Assembly (NCBI RefSeq): GCF_035594765.1
Contig: NC_085846.1
Span: forward strand, 30,615,190 to 30,679,189
Reading direction: 5' to 3'
Origin: Anolis carolinensis
Lineage: Eukaryota
DNA length: 64,000 nt
Of the stretch, positions 13,442 through 25,400 are shown piece after piece. Position numbers and translations under genes: made by a program. Every line of letters begins with the position of its first letter. Within the stretch, counting starts at the first letter, position 1. The notes beneath the pieces were generated by a model. That model was not told the origin of the DNA and did no database searches. It saw only the letters and a program-made list of their open reading frames with translations.

Positions 13442-16400
13442 GGCACCCCACTTTTCTCTCTAGATTTGAGACGGAAAGGGACTCACGTTAAAATATATAT
13501 AATAGTATCATTCTGGGAAGGGAAAAGGTTGCATTTTAAATCTATGTTTTAGTAGTATTCCTTTTAAAATTCACTCTATATTTGTGTGTATGTGACATGT
13601 GTAAGCCCCATCCAATCCTGGTTAGAAGCTGGCTAAACCCCATCGGAAGAAACCCACTCCTAGATTATCTTCTTATCCAAGATTATCTGGCAGTGTGGAC
13701 TCATATAATCAAAGCAGATAATCTGGGTTCAGATCCTGGGATAGAGTGTGGAAGAGTAATCAGGCTAGAGATACACTGCCCTATATCCCAGGATCGGATC
13801 CCAGATTATCTGACTTAAACTGGATTATATGAGTCCCCACTGCCATACAATATGGGATAAGAAGAAAAGTGACAGATCTCGACCAAGCTTGGCACACAGA
13901 ACCAATATGGCCAGCTGTGAATCCTGGGGGAGTTTTGGGAGGGTTGACCCAAGACTTTTGGGAATTGTAGTTCACCGACATCCTTATACATTTTCTCATG
14001 GGAGCATTCATAAAAAACAAAAGACTGAGGTTTTTTCCTAAGGCATAGTGTAACATCGGAAGCGGGCTAAGCCTCATAGGGAAGAAAGCCACTCATAAGT
14101 AGAAGAGGGCTAAGCCTCATAGGAAGAAACAGCGGGCCCCTTTTTGGGACAGCACGGTGTAGTGTAGAGGTTTGAGAGTTGGACTATGATTGTGGCTTCA
14201 TTCCCCACTCAGCCATGGAAACCCACTGGGTGATCTTGCACCCCAGAAAACCCAATGAAACAGTTTCAAACCAGGAACAAATTTCCTTATTCAGAGGCTG
14301 ATGGTGATCTGTCAGGAATGATTTAATGGTCTACTATGATTTCTGTTCCAGGTGATAAATGTCATTTCCTAATTAGTTCTGTCATAGAAACATGGCAAAA
14401 CTTTACACTGCCAAAACTTTATCTTTGTGCAAGGGACATGGTGCTATGATAGCACATTATGGTTTCCTGGGACAGTGTCCACTAGTTTAACAAAGTTTCA
14501 GCCACAAAAACAAAGTTTCTGAAGTAGAACAATGACCTTCAAAGTAAAGACAACTCAATGAAACAGGAAATAACACTTTCAAACCAGGAACAGATTTTTG
14601 TTATTATTTAAAAATGTTTTTTTTATAAAAACTTTGAAAATCCGCCATAAATCTGAGGATACATCAAACATTCTTTGATTTGGTGAGCTAACAGTGGTTT
14701 TTGTGTTCTACCACTGTAGCAAATTTCATTAGGATAGCTCAAAAAATGAGGGGGAGAGAGGCCCCTCAATTTCCTCCATTGACAATAATATTTTTCTTCA
14801 TGCACAGATGCATCCGCCATTAATGAAGTACATACGAAACTTTGGAAGTTTTGGAAAGTTTTGAAATTTTTGCTTCAAAATTCGGAAATGACTTTAGAAA
14901 TTAAGCACCAGCACCCCCTACTTTTGAAGCGAGTATTGAACCATTTTTTTTCATGGATCGTACATGCCTACTATCTACTCCAGATTTAATAAAATCTGGC
15001 AGCTTCATCAAATGGGGTGCTGAAATCCAGATAAACAACATCTACAGTTATCTGACCTGAACAAAAAAAGATATAAGATTATATTGGAAAGATTTGTTCT
15101 TGATAAATCCATGCTAATCACGCCATTGTCATCTGGCTTGCAAACAAACTACATTATTATCTAGTTTGGACTGACTAGCTTCCTGTATTTTTTCCTTTTG
15201 CTTTTTTTTAAAGAGAGGGGCAATGTTTGCTCTTCTCACTTTTTCTCAAAATGATGATAAGTGGTTCAGAGAGTATATCAGCAAATTTATATGAATGTTG
15301 CTGTGGAGCATTAGTGGATGTATCAGCTTCCTGTGGATTAATCTTGCTGAATTTCAAGTCCTAAGGACTTTTTATCGTTGAGTCATGACTAAAACAGGAT
15401 TTAATACGGGAACAGTTAAGAACATAATAACATGTATCGTTTGTGTAGTTCACTTTTGGTGAGCAAGATGTTTACAGATAGGAGTGATGTCATTGCTTTC
15501 CCAAAGCAGAGAAACTAGTTCTTAATAACAACACATAAGAAGCTAGCATATAAGATGCTCAAGTGTGGTACTTTGTTGCAGGAAGCATCTTCAGCCTTTG
15601 GAGCCATGATCCCGTGCTGTTGGTGGTCTCTGGACTGCAGACTATCTCTTTCGACTCTGACATTCCCCTTTATATTCCCACCTGGCCATTTTAGTTTTAT
15701 TTTGTAGTTATATTTGCCTTTTAAAAAACTGGCATTGCAAAATTGCTCTAAAAATACAAAATTATGAAAGAGCGGTGATGGGGGAATACGGGTTTACGAA
15801 AGTATATGTGCAAGGTATAATTGTGAGACCTCACATTGACACAATTGCACAATGGAAGAGAGGTGCAATATTAACAGTATTCAATTCAGTATGTATCTGG
15901 TATCAATGATAGCTGGACTGCAGTGGAATAACAGATCTATGTGATAAACTCCATGGCATGGTCATCTACTGGGTAGAAAATACCTTTGCTGGTAGGGAAT
16001 GCTGGGAGTTATAAAGTGCCTTTTAAGAGACAGTTGGTTTTGGGCTTAGGTAGGGAGCCCCGGTGGCAAAGTGTGTTAAAGCACTGAGCTGGAGACCGAA
16101 AGGTCCCAGGTTCAAACCCCGGGAGCGGCCGCTGTTAGCTCCAGCTCCTGCCAACCTAGCAGTTCGAAAACATGCCAATGTGAGTAGATCAATAGGTACC
16201 GCTCCGGCGGGAAGGTAACGGCAATCCATGCAGTCATGCCGGCCACATGACCTTAGAGGCGTCTACGGACAACGCTGGCTCTTCGGCTTAGAAATGGAGA
16301 TGAGCACCAACCCCCAGAGTCAGACATGACTGGACTTAACGTCAGGGGAAACCTTTACCTTTTAAGGATTTCTACAGTTGAGAAACTATTACACTGACAT

Positions 16401-19400
16401 ATAATATCTAGATTAATTCCTTTGAATATTATTATATGGCAGTGTAGATTCATATAATACAGTTCAAGGCAGTTAATGTGAATTATCTATAATAATAATA
16501 ACTTTATTTTTCTATCCCGCCACCATCTCCCCAAAGGGACTTGGGGTGGCTAACATGGGGCCAAGTCCAAAAACAGAACATGAACAGAGTTATAAACATA
16601 AATGAACAATATCAACAGAACAAGTCAAATAAGATAAAATAGAATAAAATCACAATAATACAATATAACACAATATTAACAGAATAAAATGATAAAATGA
16701 TAAACAAATTATAAAACAAAATCCATCACCACTAATGGGTAGACTGACTAATTGCAATACCTTTTAATAAAGTGCCTGGACAAAGCGCCGAAGAGTTATC
16801 TAGGAGAATTTGAGGAGGGGTATGAGTCAAGTTATTTCCAATACCAGGGCAAAATAAAGTGCCAGAATGTGATAATTCTATAGGAGGGGTCAGTCATGGG
16901 GTCGATTATTCAAATGCACAGTGGAAAAGCCATGTTTTTAGCTGTTTTCTAAAGGCTGACAGGGTTGGGGCTTGTCTAATCTCCCTAGGGAGGGAATTCC
17001 AAAGCTGAGGGGCCACCACAGAGAAGGCCCTCTCTCTCGTTCCAACCAGCCGTGCCTGTGATAGAACTGGAAGTGAGAGGAGAGTCTCTCCGGAAGATCG
17101 AAGAGATTGTGCAGGCTCATAGGGTGATTTGATACTAGATTATATGGCAGTATAGAAGGGACCTGTGATCTACATTTATCTGTCCTAAATCTCCTACATT
17201 CTGTTTAAGGTGAGAGCTACACTACTATATAATCCAGTTCAAAGCAGATAATCTGGATTCAGAAACTGGATTATATGGCCATGTAGATCGGGCTAAGTGG
17301 ATGACCTTGGAATCTAAGCCTGGATCTATGCTATCACATAATTTAGATTATCAAAGCAGATAATCCACATTATTTGCTTTATACTGGATTATATGAGTCT
17401 ACACTGCCATATAATCCAGTTCAAAGCAGATAATTTTATATGACAGTGTAGATCCAGCCTTTGATCATAAGAGATGCATCATTTTATATATCACTATTAT
17501 GTTTCTGTACATTTAAAAATATGTTAAGCAGCCCTAAAAATTGCAGACTGTACTCATAGACAGGTTTGGTTGCCCATTACTTTTCATTTTCATCTCTACA
17601 ACAGTGAGCAGAACTGTACATGATATTCCAATTAGGATTTCCGTATGGATTTGTATAAGGTCAATATGATATTTTTAAATATGATATTGACAGTGCTATA
17701 TCTGATTTCTGCTCTGTTTTTGCCCACCTTAGATATTTAAAAAGAAAACATCAATCATGCACTGGATGACAGTTTTAAAGCAACATCCACTATGACCCCC
17801 TATATCCTTTGGTCAGATTGTGCTAACTCAGAACTAATTAGTGTTGAAATAAAGTTGGGCTGCTTTTTTTGGTCCAATATGCATCCCTTTGCAATTTTGT
17901 TTACTGGATTTATTTATAAAAGCCAATTTCTCCCTTTAATGAGATGCTTTAGAGTTCTTCTCAGCCTCATTTTTCTCCACCTCTCTAAATAATTTATTGG
18001 GCTCAGCAAATGCAACCACCTTATTATACATCCCTAATTCCAGCTTTTTTTTTTCTTTCAGGAGATTCCTATACTTTAAGCTCAATAAATCTATATGTTT
18101 TGCATTTTCTTTTGAGAATTTTATGTGTGCAATCTTATTATCTTCAAATGTCCCCCTTCCACAGCTTTTGCTTTTAAAACAGTGTAGCAGAAAGACACAT
18201 GACTTTATCAATTGTTCAAAAACATGTGTGCAAATTAACTACCTTACTGCTAATTCTAAGAATTACATTAAAATTAGTTTTGGTTACCTTGGCAACAAAA
18301 CCTTTGTTTTAAAGGTGTATTGTTGTTGCGTTTTTACTGAGAGGCAGAAAGGAGCATTTACAGGATTTTTAACTTCAGAAACTTCGTTTTCGTGGCTACC
18401 ACAAACTATGTTGAATTGGTTAAGACTCTATGAGATATTCATTGAAAAATGATAGCAAAATATGCTGCGGGATGTTCTGTAAAAACAAAAAAAATTGGAG
18501 TTTAATAAACCTTTTCCATGTTTTTATGATAGAACCAATTAGGAGATGACATGTATAACCCAGGAACAAAAATCATGTTATCTATTGTCTTTAAATTATT
18601 ACATAAAGTGTCTATAGAACTTTGCTGAGCAAGGTTACAAATGTGCCAACTAAATGCGTATAACAACTTGGCATTCTTTACACAAACAAATCTAAACCTC
18701 TTCTCTCTGTAGGTTTATGCATCTCAGCATCCTGCCACTCAAAAATATCTATGGCATTAAGTTCATGGTGCAGGGTTCTGAGAATCTGAATATCAAGAAG
18801 CCTTATGTGATCGTTTCCAACCATCAGAGCTGTTTGGATCTTCTGGGTAAGTTACCAGCTTATTAAATCTGAAATCTAGCATTGGATGGAAACAGAAGAT
18901 TTGAATTATATTATTACTTATTTAATGTCTTACCCACCCTTAAACTCAGAAGTGGGAAGATGAGAGTAGAAAGCTGTTGATGAATTTAAGAGGAACAAAA
19001 ATGGCCATTCATAATTTAAAGCCAACCTGGTGGAGTGGATCCTAAATTAAAATATAGGCCAAGTATTGTATATCAGTTGTAACTACAATGATGGAGCTCC
19101 ATCATCATAGTTACATCTAATGATGCCATTTTCCAGATTTTCAGACTGGCAGCAACCCAGTTTAAAACTTTGAGGCATTGGGAAATGATGGAATTGCTTG
19201 CCTGGTCAGATGTCACATGGAGAACAGGCAGTTGGAAAGATCCCTTATAGTGTCCTCCTATAACTGCTTGTCTCAATGTACTTTGTGACCAGGAAAGCAC
19301 CACAGAATCTTTTACCAGTTCTCCAATTTATACATCCTGGAAACCCTTCAGTAAGGGTACATATTGCCAAACTAAAAAGCTAGGTTTAGAAGGAGATGCT

Positions 19401-22400
19401 TGGTCATTAACAATGGTAAACATGAATCATGTGTTACGAGATCACAAGCTCAGTTTTATGATCTCATAATTACTGAACTGGATGCCAGCTGCAATATTGT
19501 TCAATCAGAGTTATTCAAATCTGTACTGCACAATAAATAATTAGAGATTTATAAAAGTAGAACACTTTCCCCAAGATGAATGTCATAATTCAAACTTTGT
19601 GTCAAATTCTCAATTTCTGCTGCTGGTATTTTCAGCTTTAGATCACAGTGGTGATCTCCCTAATGAGGAAAAAAGAAATTCAGATATGAAAATTGAACTT
19701 TGACAAATTACTATTAGAATGTACCTACTTGTTAGCCTGAAACCTGAATATTGTTGTAACCACAGATTCAAAAGATTACAATTGTGGTTTTTGTTTTGAA
19801 TTTAAAAGGATGGATGAAGAAAACTTAAAAACATTTGGCACAGTGATGCTGTTGTTGTTATGAACTTTCAAGTGAACTCCAACTTCTGGGGATCTTTTCC
19901 TAGAGCCCTCCTCCCCCCAAGATTTATTAAGAAGACATTTGCCCATTGCCCTAAAAAATGATGAGTATGACTTGTCCAGGGTCACCCAATTCTGACTGAG
20001 TCAGAATTCAAACCCTGGACTCCAAGACTCCCAGTCCAACACTCAATGCAATGTTTGCATTCTGTCCCCTCCACTTTTCTCTGATAAAATCCCAAAATAG
20101 TTCAGAAGTGCTAGGCAGGAGGACATGGGTGAGGAGATTTAGGGATTGGTTCCAGCCTTCCAGTAGGCAAAGTGAGGCAGTTACTGTTGGGCAAGTGGCT
20201 TTATTAACAAAAGGCCCACCTAATAAACATATAGCAGAGTAACTTATTAGCAGCAGCGTGCCCAGCACCAGTAGCCAAAGGTGATAAAAAGAACAAAAAC
20301 ACACAGACCAATGTTATCTCTTCTTTTGGAGGCTTTTCTTTATAGCAAAATAATATGGTTGCACTATTTACGAAAACAAGGTTTCCATAACACAAATAAA
20401 GTTCTTTATTCTTCCTTCTTTGCTTTCATGCTGGGCTTCTTTCTCATGCAGATAAAAAGCTTCACTCTCACAGAGGCTCCTCTCATACCAAACTTACACA
20501 GAAGCTTCACACAGTAGTTTTACACACAGCAACCTTCACACTGTAGCTTCACACATGAAGCCTTCAACCTGAGGCTTCTCTCGCCAAAGCTTCTCATACT
20601 GAGGCTTTCTCACATTGAAGCCTTCTCATACTGAGGCCTTTTTCATACTGAAGCCTACTAAGCTACAGGCACACCTACTATTTTATCAGCTTTTGCTGAA
20701 TAATTGCATCCATGTAACCTTTTCAGTGCTTGACTCACATTTTTGTAATTAAAAATACCTAGTTAATTTTGAATGTTTCTGACAATTTCCTCAAGAAACA
20801 GATACCTAAAGCCCTTCAGGTGAAGTAGAGAATGTTTTCCCATCAACAGTGTTGACAATGAAATACGTATCAATTTTCTCAACCTAGCTTTGTCAGGAGC
20901 AATAATTTTTAGATGATGTTGCTTAATTGTCAGCTGAGGTTCTCCAGTAACAAAACACATTTTTCATTTTTAAGGCATGTTGGAAGTTATGCCAGAGCGC
21001 TGTGTGACCATTGCCAAAAAGGAGCTGCTGTATATGGGCCCAGTAGGCTGGGCTTGCTGGCTGTGTGGCTTAATTTTCATCGACCGCAAGAACAAAAAGA
21101 GTGCCATGGACGTCATGAACCGTGTTGCGCAGATCATGAGACAGGAGAATGTGAGTAAACCCTGGAGTGAGGGAAGCAGAAATGGGGTCCAGCATTGGAA
21201 GGGGAGTCCCGTGGGAAGCAAGGATAGTGTGACATGAGTGAATGTATTCATACCCTCCAACTGTAATGATATGGCAGATACAGTCCTAATTAATCTTCAG
21301 TCATCCCATTTTTAGCTACTTTTGAAATGTCAGTGCCATATAACCATAATAGACTTGGAAGGGACCTCATGGACCATCTAGCCCAGTGAATTTCAACCTG
21401 TGGTCCCCAGGTTTTTGGATTACAACTCCTAGAAATTCCAGCCAGTTCACCAGCTGTTAGGATTTCTGGAAGTTGAAGGCCAAAACATCTGGGGACCCAC
21501 AGGTTGAGAAACACTGATCTAGCCCAATATCCTGTTTAATGCAGGATCTCCAACTAAAGTATCCCCATCAAGTAGCTATCTGGACTCTTTTTTAAAAATG
21601 TCCAGAAAAGGAGACCCCCATGACTGCTTTGGGTAATTTGTCCCATTGCTCATATTGTCAAGAAGTTCTTCCTAATGATCAGTCAAATTCTACTGTCTTG
21701 TAACTTCAAACTACTGGACCAGATCCTACCCTCAGATTGTAACATGTATACATAGAGCATTGGTTCTCAACTTGTGAGTCCCCAGATGTTTTGGCCTTCA
21801 ACTCCCAGAAATCCTAACAGCTGGTAAACTGTCTGGGAGTTGTAAGCCAAAACACCTGAGGACCCACAGGTGGAGAATCACTGGCGTAGAGGAACACCTC
21901 TACTTTCACCTCTCTTTTCTTGAAAACAAAAAGTTCACTAGAGCTTTGAATAAGACAAGTGTATTAATAGAGGAGATGTATGTAAAGGGGAAGAATGCCC
22001 TTTTCCTCCTCCCATTGCTACTACTACCACCATCCCAGGCTCTCTCCTCATTGCCCCCTCCCATCCACCCCAGATACCTGTGTGTCCTGTGTATATGGAG
22101 GGAAGGGGGTGTGAAAGGGGAGTCATCCTATGGGAATTCATGAAGGTGATAAGACTGACAAGGAACAATAAAAGCTATTGCTGGATATGTTTATGAGAAT
22201 ATAAACTTAGCTTCACATGCATGCCAAGAAGAAAAAGGACTTGAATGGGTCCCTACAAATAAATACCAAGTGCTGTAGGCTATATTTCCGAGGAACTGGT
22301 AAAAACCCCTCTGAGTATTCCTTGCCTAAGAAAACCTTATGAAATTCGTGAAGATGCCATTAGTTGAGAGGCAACTTGAAAGCACATTCCACACAAAGTT

Positions 22401-25400
22401 TATAGGGCATGCCTGTAATCCTATGCATTATTAGCTCCTGCAGGTAAGCTCCATTTAACTCAGTAATGCTTATTTCTGATTGTATACTTGTAAAAAGGAA
22501 TGAACTTTAACAAAAGATCTTTCAGCAGGTGAACTGCAGTTTTTGGTAGAAATGCGAACAAATTGCAAAAAGGTATTAACATTTAAACTACTATTTTAAA
22601 GTAGGAATAACATAAAAGGATAGGGAACAATCCAGCCTCTGGTTTGTAGCCCTAGCCCCTTTCTACACTGCCATATGAAATCCAATTGATCTGCTTTGAA
22701 CTGGATTACATGACAGTGTAGACTCATATAATCCAGTTCAAATCAGATAATGTGGATTATCTGATAATCTGAATTATATGGCAGTGTAAAAGGGACCTTA
22801 AGTGCGTTTCATGGCTGAGTGGGGATTCGATCCCTGGTCTCCTGAGTCATAGTCCAGTGCTCAGACCACTACATCACTCTGGCCAAGGTTCAGTGCTGTT
22901 AATGTGCCTAACATATTAGGTTCAAGACAAAACCAACTTCTAAATCGTCTCCTAACTTGTATGTTTTTCTGTGGACATGAGTATGACATTTTGATGTCAC
23001 TTTTCCAAACATGTTTCAGTTTTCATTTAGGAAATGTTGAAGGGTATGCTTAATTTATGAAAAGTGGAGGAAACACACTACAGAGGTGGTGGTGTTGGGC
23101 AGTTTAATCCAGGGGAGCACATAAGCAGCCTAAAGGATATTGGCATTAGAAAGAATTGATTCAGGAGCCGTGGCCAATCCTGGAAACAAACAACACTGAG
23201 GGGTGTATGTACTGTCAATCCTAATACATTTTTTAAAAATGTCTGGCAAGTCTACTGGACCATGAATGACTGCACACAATAAGCAGAAATTCAGCCAGTA
23301 CCAAACATTTCCCCATATACAAAGATGTTGTTCTGGATAGTATTCCAGGTGTGGTCTGACCAAGGAAGAATAGAAGGGTATCATGACTTCCCTGGATATA
23401 GTGTCTAGATGCAAGGAAGTCATGCTACCCCTCTATTTCGCCTTGGTCAGACCATACCTGGAATACTGTGTCCAATTCTGGGCATCACAATTGAAAGGAG
23501 ATGTTGACAAGCTGGAATGAGTCTAGAGAAGGATGACTAAAATGATCAAGGGTTTAGAGAACGAGCCCTATGAGCAGCGGCTCAAAGAGCTGGGCATGTT
23601 TAGCGTGCAGAAGAGAAACTGAGAGGAAACATGATCGCCATGCATAAATATATGAGAGGAAGTCATAGGGAGGAAGAAACAAGCTTGTTTTTTTTCTGCT
23701 TTGGAGACTAGAATGCGGAACAAGGGCATCTTCAAAATTACAGGAAAGGAGATTCCACCTGAACATGAGAAAGAACTTCCTCACTGTGAGGGCTGTTCAG
23801 CAGTGGAACTCTCTGCCCCGGACTGTGGTGGAGGCTCCTTCTTTGGAGGCTTTTAAGCAGAGGCTGGATGGCCATTTGTTGGGGTGCTTTGAATGCGATT
23901 TTCCTGATTCTTGACAGGGGGTTGGATTGGATGGCCAGTGAGGTCTCTTCCAACTCTCTGATTCTATGATTCTATGAAAACCTCTCCTGTTGTTATTTGC
24001 CATACAGCTGTTAAAGGCACAAGTGCTTTGCTAGAGGTACAAAAGAGCACAGATTAGTAGCAAATTGCATTCTGCTGTCTTAGGGTGCATCTAAAAAGGT
24101 AAAGGTAAAGATTTTCCCCAATATTACGTCTAGTCATGTCTGACTCTGGAGATTGGTGCTCATCTCCATTTCCAAGCTGAAGAACCGGTGTTGTCCGTAG
24201 ACACCTCCAATGTCATGTGCCGACATGACTGCATGGAGCACTGTTACCTTCCCTCCAGAGCAGTACCTATTGATCGACTCACATTTGCATGTTTTTGAAC
24301 TGCTAGGTTGGCAGAAACTAGGGCTAACAGCGGGAGCTCACCCCGCTCCCCGGATTCGAACCGCCAACCTTTCGGTCAGCAAGTTCAGAACTCAGCGGTT
24401 TAATCTGCTGCGCCATCGGAGGCTCCTAGTGCGTCTACCACTTTAACTTCTATGGTTCAATGCCATAAGACTATGGCAATTATAGCTTTACAAGTTCTTT
24501 AGCTTTCTTTTCCAAATAGTGTTGGTGCCTCACCAAACTCAACCCCCCAAATTCCATAGCACTGAACCATGGCAATTAAAGTGATGACAAAATGCATGAA
24601 TTCTGCAGTGTAGAGCCAGTTTTAGAAAAAGGTACCATTTTTAACTTGTGATAATCTTGAGTCCTTTTTTTCTGCATGCCTGCCCAGCTGAGGGTATGGA
24701 TGTACCCAGAAGGCACAAGAAATCCAGAGGACACTTTGCTTCCCTTCAAGCGGGGAGCCTTTCACCTGGCTCTGAAGGCTCAGGTAAATTCTTGAATTAT
24801 AATTATAATTTCAAAGCAGTTTTTGTCAAGGGAAAGGGATCGTGTCAACTGATTTAACATTTTGGAAGCAGCAGCAGCAGTCATTCTTGATTCCAGTAGC
24901 TAAAACTAAGAAGGAAATTGTCACTCAGATTTCTTGTCACTCAAGTTCTCAAAAAGTGTTCCACAATTTATTTTCTCTTTCTCAGATTTTAGCTCCATTA
25001 GTTTTATTTCACTTTTGCATGGCCTTATTTATTGTAACATTATAATTACAAGTATTTAAAATACTTTAAAGAAAATATGGCTGGATCTATACTGCAGCAT
25101 AATCTAGATTATCAATCTACACTAATATAATCCAATTTAAATCAGGTAATCTGGATTTTATATGGCAGTGTAGATGGGGCCTGAGAGATCGCATCTTGCC
25201 CAAGGTCACTCGGGCCTTTTCTACACAGCCATATAAAATCCAGATTATCTGCGTTGAACTAGATTATATGGCAGTGTAGACTCAGATAATCCAGTTCAAA
25301 GCGGCTAATGTGGATTTTCCACTTTGATATTCTGGATTATATGGCAGTGTAGAAGGGCCCCTTGGTCTCAAGTCATAGTCCAGTGCTCAAACCACTGCAC

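Noticed and set aside
15530-15600. CUGAAGA plus stem on - strand as another hammerhead
   Set aside because: No GAAA box after the stem
17213-17459. Recurring palindromic repeats as a CRISPR-like array
   Set aside because: Vertebrate DNA; the repeats are dispersed MITEs with TIR/TSD, with no regular spacers or cas genes
17997-18452. 151-aa ORF in AGPAT-like intron 1
   Set aside because: TTG start, AT-rich, overlaps repeat fragments, and no domain features
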